A stretch of DNA of 64,000 bases from the NCBI GenBank assembly GCA_002868925.1, contig PKTZ01000020.1, positions 3,710 to 67,709 on the forward strand, given 5' to 3'. This document shows positions 16,879 through 25,572 of the stretch, one piece after another. Source of the stretch: Desulfuromonas sp. Its GTDB lineage: Bacteria; Desulfobacterota; Desulfuromonadia; Desulfuromonadales; UBA2294. The first letter of the stretch is position 1; each line of letters starts with the position of its first letter. The notes beneath the pieces were generated by a model. It was given only the letters and a program-made list of their open reading frames with translations, had not been told where the DNA came from and searched no databases. Position numbers and translations under genes: made by a program.

Positions 16879-17454
16879 ATGGGGAGATTATTAACGATTA
16901 TTCTGCTGGTTCTGGGACTGGCACTGCCGGCGCTGGCTGATGAGAGCAAGTCCGAAGAAAGTTTTTGGGATGTTCTGCGCAGCAAGATCGAGAAAGTGAC
17001 GCCGACCAAGAAGGCGAAGGTGACGACCGCGGTCGGGGGCGTACGTGGGTCGTTGACCGAGAGCGAGAGCGAGCTCTACTGGAAGGGGAAGGAGGAGAGG
17101 CTTGAAATCCCTGAGGAGGAGCTGGAACTGTTCAACGGTGCGATGACGGCGGCGACGATCGGCGACCGGGATGTTGCGATCGACCTGTTCGAATCGTTTG
17201 TCAGTGAGTACCCGGAAAGCGCGCTGCATGAGGATTCGCTACTCGCCCTGAAGTTTCTGCGGGTCAACCCGGCCGAGGCGCCGGTGGTGGAAGAGAAGAC
17301 TGAGCCGGCCGAGACATCGGAGCCGCAGGGGACGGCCGAGCCGCAGCAGGACGTTGCTGAACCACAGCAGGACGTTGCTGAACCACAGCAGGACGTTGCT
17401 GAACCACAGCAGGACGTTGCTGAACCACAGCAGGAGGCGACCAGTTCCGTCTGA
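16879..17454 (+). CDS. Secreted protein with YbgF/TPR-like segment and C-terminal AEPQQDV tandem repeats
   Basis: RBS AAGGAG. Signal peptide MGRLLTIILLVLGLALPALA. FESFVSEYPESALHEDSLLAL. Four to five AEPQQDV repeats. Confidence 0.7.
   Translation: MGRLLTIILLVLGLALPALADESKSEESFWDVLRSKIEKVTPTKKAKVTTAVGGVRGSLTESESELYWKGKEERLEIPEEELELFNGAMTAATIGDRDVAIDLFESFVSEYPESALHEDSLLALKFLRVNPAEAPVVEEKTEPAETSEPQGTAEPQQDVAEPQQDVAEPQQDVAEPQQDVAEPQQEATSSV
17338..17435 (+). repeat. 21-bp tandem repeat, ~4.7 copies (GAACCACAGCAGGACGTTGCT), in-frame within the CDS
   Basis: Copies at 17338 (degenerate), 17359, 17380 and 17401 (three identical), plus a partial copy at 17422..17435. Confidence 0.95.
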
Positions 17455-17476
17455 TTCGCTACTGTAAAGAATGATA

Positions 17477-17510
17477 AAAGCCCACCTCGATCCGGGGTGG
17501 GCTTTTCTTT
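17477..17510. terminator. Bidirectional rho-independent terminator between convergent genes
   Basis: AAGCCCACC / GGTGGGCTT stem, T-run on the + side (TTTTCTTT) and on the - side (TTTTATCAT). Confidence 0.8.
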
Positions 17511-17549
17511 TGGAATCAGGATGTTAAGGCCTGATTTGAATAATCTACC

Positions 17550-18938
17550 TTAAATGGCGTTTTCGGCGAGGTAGTGTTTGATCTGTTCGAGGTCGGCATC
17601 GAGAACTTCACAGCGGCGGTCACGTTTGTCGATCCCCTGCAGCGATGCCGGGTAGGTCGGCGGTTCACCAATCGCCTTTTCGACCGCCTCCCCGAACTTG
17701 GCCGGATGCGCGGTAGCGAGGCAGATGACCGGGCACTCACCGCCGGCGAGCTCCTGTCCGGCCCGGACGCCGACCGCAGTGTGCGGGTCGAGCACGTAAC
17801 CGCTCTTTTTGAAGAAGTCTCTGATGGTAGCGATCGTTTGCTCGCTGTCGACCGACGTCGACATGAAGTCTTCCGCCACCCGCTTGATTTCCTCTTCGGT
17901 GAAGGCGAGCTTGTTTCCCTCGGCGAAGGTCTGCATGGCAGCGCGCACCTTGTCGCTGTCTCCCCGGTAGAGGTAGAAGAGGTAGCGCTCGAAGTTGCTC
18001 GCTTTCTGGATATCCATCGACGGGGAGAGGGAAGGGTGGACCGCACCGATCGAGTAGTCGCCGTTACGGATAAAACGGGTCAGGATGTTGTTCTCGTTGG
18101 TGGCGAGGATCAGTTTCTTGATCGGCAGCCCCATCCGCATGGCGATGTAGCCGGCGAAAATATCGCCGAAATTTCCAGTCGGGACCGAAAAGTAGACTTC
18201 CTTGCAGCCGGTCGCCTTGCGAACCTGGCCCCAGGCGTAGAAATAGTAAACAATTTGCGCCAGCACCCGGGCCCAGTTGATCGAGTTGACAGCGCCGAGG
18301 GCGTAGCGGCTCTTGAATGCCAGGTCGCCGAAGGTCTCCTTGACGATATGCTGGCCGTCGTCGAAGGTTCCACGGATGGCGATATTGAAGACGTTCGGGT
18401 CGGTCACCGTCGTCATCTGCAGTTCCTGGATCGGCGAGACCTTCTTATGTGGATGCATGATGAAGATGTTGATGTTTTTCTTGCCGCGCACGCCGTAGAT
18501 GGCGGCGCTGCCGGTATCGCCGCTGGTGGCCCCGAGAATGTTCATCTTTTCGCCCCGTTCGGCCAGCAGGTATTCGAAAAGGTTGCCGAGAAGCTGCAGG
18601 GCAACATCCTTGAAGGCGAGGGTCGGGCCGTGAAAGAGCTCGAGGATATAGACCCCGTCCTGATGCACCACCGGGGTGACGTCAGGGTGGGTGAAACTGG
18701 CGTAGGAACGGTCGATCAGCTCCATCAGGTCGGCCGCCGGGATGTCGGTGGCATAGCGGGAGATAATCTGGAAGGCGAGCTCGGGGTAATCGTATTTTGC
18801 CAGGGCATCGAGGTCGCCTTCGGTCAGGGTCGGGATTTCCTCCGGCAGGAGGAGCCCGCCGTCATCGGCCAGGCCCATCATTACCGCTTCCTTGAACGGG
18901 ATATTCTGCACACCGCCGCGGGTACTGATATAGTTCAT
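17550..18938 (-). CDS. thrC: Threonine synthase
   Basis: 462 aa. MNYISTRGG..., PLP-lysine region HGPTLAFKDVALQ, GATSGDTGSAA. Confidence 0.95.
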   Translation of the reverse strand: MNYISTRGGVQNIPFKEAVMMGLADDGGLLLPEEIPTLTEGDLDALAKYDYPELAFQIISRYATDIPAADLMELIDRSYASFTHPDVTPVVHQDGVYILELFHGPTLAFKDVALQLLGNLFEYLLAERGEKMNILGATSGDTGSAAIYGVRGKKNINIFIMHPHKKVSPIQELQMTTVTDPNVFNIAIRGTFDDGQHIVKETFGDLAFKSRYALGAVNSINWARVLAQIVYYFYAWGQVRKATGCKEVYFSVPTGNFGDIFAGYIAMRMGLPIKKLILATNENNILTRFIRNGDYSIGAVHPSLSPSMDIQKASNFERYLFYLYRGDSDKVRAAMQTFAEGNKLAFTEEEIKRVAEDFMSTSVDSEQTIATIRDFFKKSGYVLDPHTAVGVRAGQELAGGECPVICLATAHPAKFGEAVEKAIGEPPTYPASLQGIDKRDRRCEVLDADLEQIKHYLAENAI

Positions 18939-19027
18939 GTCTGTTTCTCCAGGCTGAAAAATCGGCTTATGATAGCAGGAAGAGGTAGTAAGGTGAAGAG
19001 GGAAAAGGTCGCTTTAACCGATGGCAC

Positions 19028-19058
19028 AAACAAAAAGGGAGCGGCATTTGCCGCTCCC
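19028..19058 (-). terminator. Rho-independent terminator downstream of maeB
   Basis: GGGAGCGGC / GCCGCTCCC stem, followed on the minus strand by TTTTTGTTTG. Confidence 0.75.
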
Positions 19059-19082
19059 TTCGGTTGTTGGATCGTTGCTTGA

Positions 19083-21344
19083 TCAGGCTGAGGCTTCCTG
19101 GGCGTCGACCACGGCAACAGCGGCCATGTTGACAATGTCGGCAACATCGTCGCCGCGCTGCAGAACGTGAACCGGTTTCTTGGTCCCCATCAGGATCGGG
19201 CCGATCTGCTCGGCGCCGCCGAGCTTGTGCAGAAGCTTGTAGGCGATATTGCCCGACTGCAGGTCAGGGAAGATAAAGACGTTGGCGTTCCCCTTGAGTT
19301 TGGAGAAGGAGTATTGCTGCTCGATCAGCTCCGGATCAAGGGCGACGTTGGCCTGGATTTCACCATCGACGATCAGCTCTGGCGACCACTCTTTGACCAG
19401 TTTCGTCGCCTTGGCGACCTTGTTGGTCAGCGGGTGCTGGGCGCTGCCGAAGTTGGAGAAGGAGAGCATGGCGACACGCGGCTCGATCTCGAAATACTTG
19501 GCCCGTTCGGCGGTCAGGATCGCTGTTTCGGCCAGCTCCTCGGCGGTCGGCTCGATCGTGACCGTAGTATCGGCGAAGAAAACCGCCTCTTTTTTGGTGA
19601 CCATCATGTAGAGACCGTGAACCCTCGAAAGGTCGTCCTGCTTGCCGATGATCTCCAGTGCCGGGCGGATCGTCTCAGGGTAGTGATGGCTGATGCCGGA
19701 GAGGAGGGTGTCGGCGTCTCCCTGCTCAACCATCATCGCGCCGAAGTAGTTGCGGTTTTTCTTGATCAACCGCTTCGCTTCGGCCTTGGTCACCCCTTTA
19801 CGCTGACGCAGGGCGAAGAGCTCGTCGATGTAGTCGTTGCGCTTATCGCTTTTCTCTGGGTCGACAATCTCGGCACCGTCAAGGTCGAGGCCGAGCTCCA
19901 TGATCTTGGCTTCGATCTCTTCCTTGTTGCCGAGCAGGATCGGCTTGGCAACCCCTTCGTCGAGCAGGATCTGGGATGCACGCAGAACCTTTTCTTCGTC
20001 CCCTTCCGGGAAAACCACCCGCTTGGGACAGCTCTTGGCCTTGTTGATCAGGGTCCGCATAACCGACTTGGAGCGGCCTTGTAACGCCTCGAGACGTTCT
20101 TTGTATTTGTCCATGTCTTCGATCGGACGGCGGGCAACTCCTGAATCCATAGCTGCCTGGGCGACCGCCGGGGCGACATGTAGCAGTACGCGCGGGTCGA
20201 ACGGTTTCGGAATCAGGTACTCACGGCCGAATTTGATGACGTCGCCGCCGTAAGCACGGCGAACCGAGTCGGGGACATCCTCTTTGGCCAGTTCGGCCAA
20301 GGCGCGGACCGCTGCCAGTTTCATCTCGTCGTTGATGGCGCTGGCGTGGGTGTCGAGGGCTCCGCGGAAGAGGAACGGGAAGCAGAGGACGTTGTTGACC
20401 TGGTTGTTGTAGTCGGAGCGGCCGGTGCCGATGATGACATCGTCGCGAACCGCTTTCGCTTCCGGCGGAGTGATTTCCGGGTCGGGATTGGCCATGGCGA
20501 AGACGATCGGATCCTTGGCCATGGTTTTGAGCATCTCCGGACTGAGGGCACCTTTGGCGGAAACGCCGAAGAAGATGTCGGCATCGACCATGGCATCCTC
20601 GAGGGTGCGGGCGTCAGTTTCAGCGGCCAGACGTTCCTTGTAGTCGTTCATTCCTTCGGCACGCCCTTTATAAATGACGCCTTTGGTGTCGCAGAGTATG
20701 ACGTTGTTCTTGTTTATTCCCATAGTGATGGCGAGGTTGGCGCAGGCGATGCCGGCGGCGCCGGCACCGTTGACGACGATCTTGGCGTCCTCTACTTTTT
20801 TGCCGATAATTTCGAGGGCGTTAAGCATTCCGGCTGCCGATATGATGGCGGTACCGTGCTGATCGTCGTGGAAGACCGGAATATTCATGATCTTCTGCAG
20901 CTCTTCCTCGATATAGAAGCACTCGGGGCCCTTGATGTCCTCGAGGTTGATGCCGCCGAAGGTCGGCTCCAGCAATTTGACGGTCCGGATCAGCTCATCC
21001 GAATCCTTGGTGTCGAGTTCGATATCAAAGACGTCGACGTCGGCGAAGCTCTTGAACAGAACCCCTTTGCCCTCCATGACCGGCTTGCCGGCAAGGGCGC
21101 CGATGTCGCCGAGGCCGAGAACGGCGGTACCGTTGGAAACGACCGCGACCAGGTTCCCCTTGGCGGTATATTCATAAGCGTCGTTCGGATTCTTCTCGAT
21201 GTCGAGGCAGGGCTCAGCGACGCCCGGGCTGTAGGCGAGGGAGAGGTCGCGGCTGGTGGCGCACGGCTTGGTGGTGATGACCTCGATTTTTCCTTTACGA
21301 CCTGTACTGTGATAATCTAGTGCTTCTTGACGTTTGTTGGACAT
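19083..21344 (-). CDS. maeB: NADP-dependent malic enzyme (malic enzyme domain fused to a PTA-like domain)
   Basis: 753 aa. [53 protein letters not shown]-terminal phosphotransacetylase-like half. Confidence 0.95.
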   Translation of the reverse strand: MSNKRQEALDYHSTGRKGKIEVITTKPCATSRDLSLAYSPGVAEPCLDIEKNPNDAYEYTAKGNLVAVVSNGTAVLGLGDIGALAGKPVMEGKGVLFKSFADVDVFDIELDTKDSDELIRTVKLLEPTFGGINLEDIKGPECFYIEEELQKIMNIPVFHDDQHGTAIISAAGMLNALEIIGKKVEDAKIVVNGAGAAGIACANLAITMGINKNNVILCDTKGVIYKGRAEGMNDYKERLAAETDARTLEDAMVDADIFFGVSAKGALSPEMLKTMAKDPIVFAMANPDPEITPPEAKAVRDDVIIGTGRSDYNNQVNNVLCFPFLFRGALDTHASAINDEMKLAAVRALAELAKEDVPDSVRRAYGGDVIKFGREYLIPKPFDPRVLLHVAPAVAQAAMDSGVARRPIEDMDKYKERLEALQGRSKSVMRTLINKAKSCPKRVVFPEGDEEKVLRASQILLDEGVAKPILLGNKEEIEAKIMELGLDLDGAEIVDPEKSDKRNDYIDELFALRQRKGVTKAEAKRLIKKNRNYFGAMMVEQGDADTLLSGISHHYPETIRPALEIIGKQDDLSRVHGLYMMVTKKEAVFFADTTVTIEPTAEELAETAILTAERAKYFEIEPRVAMLSFSNFGSAQHPLTNKVAKATKLVKEWSPELIVDGEIQANVALDPELIEQQYSFSKLKGNANVFIFPDLQSGNIAYKLLHKLGGAEQIGPILMGTKKPVHVLQRGDDVADIVNMAAVAVVDAQEASA

Positions 21345-21539
21345 TGAAATGATCCTCCGTTGGATGTTCAGTCCTTTGCTGTTTTGTTCTTAATTCTTTG
21401 GCGTGTTGAAAACAGTATTTTAAGTCAGGCGAAAAAAATTTACTAAAATTAAAATGTGAAAATAGCGACTGCACTCTGTACTGTCAAGTATATTGTGCGT
21501 AAACAGTCTGTTTGCTCGAAATAGAATGTTATTTTACCA

Positions 21540-21554
21540 GCAATGGTAATGCCA
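21540..21554 (-). promoter_or_regulatory. Sigma54-type -24/-12 candidate (TGGCATTACCATTGC on the minus strand)
   Basis: The GG and GC dinucleotides are spaced as in the TGGCAC-N5-TTGC consensus. ~190 nt upstream of the maeB start. Could be chance. Confidence 0.3.
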
Positions 21555-21760
21555 ACCAGAATCAATTATACCAGTCGCTTTCAGGTTGGCGAATTCTAGG
21601 CGTCATTTTTAAGGTTACCGCCGCATAATGCGTCGATTCATCGGCTAATTTTGGCCTTTTTGTCGGGAAGTGGCCTGTTTTCGGGGTAGTAACCATCAAA
21701 TATACCTGTATTTGCAATAATTTGCAGAATCTGAACCAATTTTTGCTTATAATGTAGATC

Positions 21761-22291
21761 ATGAAGATCGGTGTTATTTCAGATACGCATATCGGCAACC
21801 TGAGCGAGGGGGTCGAACTGTTGGAACTGCTCGACCGAGAACTGTTCCACGATGCCGAGGCAATCCTTCATGCTGGTGATGTCGTCCATCCAGACCTGCT
21901 CGACTGTTTTGCCGACCGCCCCATCATCGGGGTTCGAGGCAATTGCGACCAGGCAAGCACCGGTCTACCACAGCAGCGGGTCTGTGAATTTGCCGATTTT
22001 CGGATCGGGCTTATCCACGGATGGGGCCGACCGACCGGGTTTTTCGATAACATCGTATCTGCCTTCGACGGTTATCGGCTCGATGTCTTGGTCTTCGGCC
22101 ACACCCATTTCCCGCTCTGCCGTCGGCAGGGTGAACTGCTGCTTTTCAATCCGGGAAGTGCGATCGATCGACGCGAAGCCCCTTATCATACTGTCGGTAT
22201 TTTGCATCTCGATAAAGAGGTGCGGGGTGAGATCGTCAATATCGATCGATATCTGAACGTGATGCCCGAACAGTACGGAGGCTGTGCATGA
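21761..22291 (+). CDS. YfcE/MJ0936-family metallophosphoesterase
   Basis: MKIGVISDTHIG, HAGDVV, VRGNCD, GLIHGW, FGHTHFP. Confidence 0.85.
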   Translation: MKIGVISDTHIGNLSEGVELLELLDRELFHDAEAILHAGDVVHPDLLDCFADRPIIGVRGNCDQASTGLPQQRVCEFADFRIGLIHGWGRPTGFFDNIVSAFDGYRLDVLVFGHTHFPLCRRQGELLLFNPGSAIDRREAPYHTVGILHLDKEVRGEIVNIDRYLNVMPEQYGGCA

Positions 22292-22782
22292 AACCGCTCT
22301 GGGCTCCCTGGCGCATGGATTACATTCTCGATAAAGATCGTGATCCTGATGCCTGTGTTTTTTGTGTTGGTGACGATCCGGTCGATGATCCAGCCCGCCT
22401 GATTTTACACCGGGCGCAATCAGGGTTTGTCGTAATGAACCGTTATCCGTACAATAACGGGCATCTGCTGGTTGCGCCGTACCGTCATGTTGCTGATATC
22501 TGCCAGTTGTCGGCGGAAGAAAGCGGCGAACTGTTCGGCCTGATCTGTCTCTGCCGCGATGTACTGCAGGAGACGATGCAACCACAGGGGATGAACATCG
22601 GACTAAATCTCGGCGCCGCCGCCGGGGCCGGTATTGCCGATCATCTGCACTGGCATCTGGTTCCGCGTTGGCAGGGCGACACCAATTTTATGCCGGTTCT
22701 GGCCGAGAACCGGGTTATCCCTCAGCATCTCGAGGAGACTTATCAATCGTTACAGGTAGCTTTTGCAAGGAGAGAGGAATGA
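22288..22782 (+). CDS. HIT-family nucleotide hydrolase/transferase
   Basis: Histidine triad HLHWHLVPRW. VMNRYPYNNGHLLV. Start overlaps the previous stop. Confidence 0.85.
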   Translation: MKPLWAPWRMDYILDKDRDPDACVFCVGDDPVDDPARLILHRAQSGFVVMNRYPYNNGHLLVAPYRHVADICQLSAEESGELFGLICLCRDVLQETMQPQGMNIGLNLGAAAGAGIADHLHWHLVPRWQGDTNFMPVLAENRVIPQHLEETYQSLQVAFARREE

Positions 22783-23228
22783 TTCTGATCTGGCGTTTTC
22801 TGCTGCTGGTTCTCGTTGTCCTGCTGTTGATTTTCTGCATGTCAAATCTCGATGCGGTGATGGTCAAGTTCCTTACCTGGCAAAGTCCGGAGATGCCGCT
22901 CTTCCTGGTGCTCCTCTTTGTTTTTTTCTTCGGTTTTTTTCTCGCCCTTTTCTGGCAGGCGGTCCGGAGCGCGACCCGCAAAAAGCCGGACGTCGGAATA
23001 TCGAAGCCGGCGCCGGCGCAAAAGGTTGAAAAACCGAAAAAAGAGAAACGCTGGGGCCGAAAGAAGATGGTGGAGACACCGGAATCGTCGGTCGATGCAC
23101 CGCAACCGGAAACCGAAGAGCAGTCGGTCAAAAAGAGCGATTCGATGACGGAGCCAGAAGAAAAGACCGCCGGTTCGAATACCACTGATGAGAAAGACGA
23201 ACCCGTTATAAACGAGGGTGATAAATAG
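22779..23228 (+). CDS. LapA-domain (DUF1049-like) membrane protein with Lys/Pro/Glu-rich cytoplasmic or periplasmic tail
   Basis: ATG 22779 overlaps the HIT gene stop (ATGA). Two hydrophobic helices (ILIWRFLLLVLVVLLLIF; LFLVLLFVFFFGFFLALFW), then KPAPAQKVEKPKKEKRWGRKK...EPEEKTAGS. Confidence 0.7.
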   Translation: MILIWRFLLLVLVVLLLIFCMSNLDAVMVKFLTWQSPEMPLFLVLLFVFFFGFFLALFWQAVRSATRKKPDVGISKPAPAQKVEKPKKEKRWGRKKMVETPESSVDAPQPETEEQSVKKSDSMTEPEEKTAGSNTTDEKDEPVINEGDK

Positions 23229-23304
23229 AATAACTGCTGTGTGGCGCTTGTCGCCCATGATGTCGATTTATCGTTTCTGATGTTTCTGTTGGAGGGTTTT
23301 ACCG

Positions 23305-23904
23305 ATGCTTGAACTATTTGAGAAGGGTGGGGTCCTGATGTACCCCATCCTGTTTTGCTCCATTCTCGCCCTTGCGATCTTTCTAGAACGGATCTGGTTC
23401 TACTCCCGCTTTATAAAGGGGCACGACGAGTTGATCTCAGAGGTCGACCCGTTAATCGCCGAAGAGAAGTTCGATCAGGCTTCTGTTGCCTGTCAACGCT
23501 TCGGTAATCCACTCTCCCGTATTTATGCCACCGCTATCCGCCTGGCCGGCCGTTCCCGGGCCCAGATCAAGGCGGTGGTCGAGGAGGCCGGTTCGCGTGA
23601 AGTCGCTCCGCTGGAGCGTTACCTCGGTCTCCTCGGGACCATAGCCACCATTACACCGCTGCTCGGACTGCTTGGTACCGTTCTCGGCATGATCCGCGCG
23701 TTTACCATCATCTCGGCCGAAGGGGTCGGCACGCCGGCAACCCTCGGGGGCGGCATTTCCGAGGCGTTGATCACCACCGCCGCCGGCCTGACGGTCGCGA
23801 TCCCGACCATCCTGCTGCATAAATATCTGACCGGCCGGGTCGATCGGATGGCTCTCGATCTTGAAGTGAAATCGTTGCGGGTCGTCGATCGATTGGGGAA
23901 GTAG
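23305..23904 (+). CDS. exbB: MotA/TolQ/ExbB proton-channel protein
   Basis: 199 aa, three TM helices, signature LGLLGTVLGMIRAF and EALITTAAGLTVAIP. Confidence 0.9.
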   Translation: MLELFEKGGVLMYPILFCSILALAIFLERIWFYSRFIKGHDELISEVDPLIAEEKFDQASVACQRFGNPLSRIYATAIRLAGRSRAQIKAVVEEAGSREVAPLERYLGLLGTIATITPLLGLLGTVLGMIRAFTIISAEGVGTPATLGGGISEALITTAAGLTVAIPTILLHKYLTGRVDRMALDLEVKSLRVVDRLGK

Positions 23905-23907
23905 GGG

Positions 23908-24327
23908 ATGTTCCGACGTAAGAAAAGAGAGGAACTCCGGGTCGAACTGACGCCGATGATTGACGTCGTTTTCCTGCTGCTGATCTTTTTCATGATCTCG
24001 ACGACTTTTATCGAAACGCCCGGCCTCTCGATCAAGTTGCCGGAGTCGAGCACCAGTATCGCCGACCGGGAGCCGGATGAGGTCAAGATCTACTTGTCGA
24101 AGGAAGGAGAGATCTTCCTGCAGGAAGAAAAGATCAACATCGCCGCACTGCGGGCCCATCTGAAAACATTTGGCGAGCGCAGCCGGAGCATGACCTTCTT
24201 GCTGCTTGCCGACGAGGAGGCCCGTCATGGTCAGGTCGTTCAGCTGATGGATACGGCCAAGGAGAGTGGCTTCGGCAAGTTGGCGATCGCAACCGAAGCG
24301 AAGCCGGGAGGGGTGAAGCAAAATTAG
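23908..24327 (+). CDS. exbD: ExbD/TolR biopolymer transport protein
   Basis: ELTPMIDVVFLLLIFFMISTTF with the conserved TM Asp, and a periplasmic domain. Confidence 0.9.
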   Translation: MFRRKKREELRVELTPMIDVVFLLLIFFMISTTFIETPGLSIKLPESSTSIADREPDEVKIYLSKEGEIFLQEEKINIAALRAHLKTFGERSRSMTFLLLADEEARHGQVVQLMDTAKESGFGKLAIATEAKPGGVKQN

Positions 24328-24372
24328 TATATCCGTGTCCGACTGAGTTGTAATACATCTTTGGAGGAGATA

Positions 24373-25464
24373 ATGAGTAAAACCATAGCGATATTGACCG
24401 GCGGCGGTGACTGCCCGGGGTTGAACGCCGTGATCCGAGGGGTAGTGCGGGCGGCAAGTCGTCGTGATTGGCGGGTGCTCGGTATTCGTGACGGTTTCGA
24501 TGGTCTGGTCGGTGAGCCGCGTTGGATCGAACTCGACAAGAAGGCGGTAAGTGGCATCCTGCAGAGGGGAGGAACCATCCTCGGCACCTCGAACCGGGGG
24601 AACCCATTCTCCTACCCGGTCGAACAGGATGGTAAGACGGAACTGCGAGATGTTTCGCAGACGGTGGTCGATAATTTCCGGAAAATCGGGGCCGATGCCC
24701 TGATTGCGGTCGGCGGCGACGGGACCCTCAAGATCGCCCGCCAACTCGGGCGGCTTGGTATCCCGGTGGTCGGTGTGCCGAAGACCATCGACAACGACCT
24801 GAAGGGGACCGATGTTACCTTCGGTTACAATACCGCGGTCGGGATCGTGACTGAGGCGCTCGACCGGCTACATTCGACCGCCGAAAGCCATCACCGGGTG
24901 ATGGTGGTCGAGGTCATGGGACGCGACGCCGGCTGGATCGCTCTCGAATCGGGTATCGCCGGCTCGGCCGATGTCATCCTGATCCCGGAAATTCCCTATC
25001 GGATCGACAAGGTATGTGCGGCTATTCGCCGCCGGAGCGAGTCGGGACATCTCTTTTCGATCGTCGTCGTTGCCGAAGGCGCGACCTCGGCCAGCGGTGA
25101 CAAGGTCGTCCAGCTCACGGCCGACCAAAACCTCGGGGTCGAGCGGCTCGGAGGAGTCGGCCATCAAGTCGCACGTGAGATCGAAACCTGCCTCGATCTC
25201 GATATGGAGCTTAGGACCGTCGTTCTCGGGCATGTGCAACGCGGTGGAACACCGTCTCCCTTTGATCGCATCCTGAGCAGCCGTTTCGGTGTCAAGGCGG
25301 TTCAGTTGATCGAACAGGGCGGCTTCGGCAAGATGGTTGCACTGCACGGGCGAAAGATCGCTTTTGTCGATATCAATGACGCGGTCGGTCAGCTTAACCT
25401 GATCGACCCGGAAGGGGAATTGGTCGAGGCGGCGGAGGAGCTCGGAATCATGGTCGGCCGTTGA
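24373..25464 (+). CDS. pfkA: 6-phosphofructokinase
   Basis: GGAGGAG before ATG 24373 (the track start 24361 is TTG). IAILTGGGDCPGLNAVIRG, GGDGT, PKTIDNDL, MGRDAGWIA. Confidence 0.9.
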   Translation: MSKTIAILTGGGDCPGLNAVIRGVVRAASRRDWRVLGIRDGFDGLVGEPRWIELDKKAVSGILQRGGTILGTSNRGNPFSYPVEQDGKTELRDVSQTVVDNFRKIGADALIAVGGDGTLKIARQLGRLGIPVVGVPKTIDNDLKGTDVTFGYNTAVGIVTEALDRLHSTAESHHRVMVVEVMGRDAGWIALESGIAGSADVILIPEIPYRIDKVCAAIRRRSESGHLFSIVVVAEGATSASGDKVVQLTADQNLGVERLGGVGHQVAREIETCLDLDMELRTVVLGHVQRGGTPSPFDRILSSRFGVKAVQLIEQGGFGKMVALHGRKIAFVDINDAVGQLNLIDPEGELVEAAEELGIMVGR

Positions 25465-25572
25465 AAATTCTTGACGATTTTGCTGTCAGAAACTAAAGTG
25501 GCATTAATTTAATTATATTATGTTATTAAATAGTTATCCTGCATTGGGGATGCGGCCAAACAGGAACCCGAC

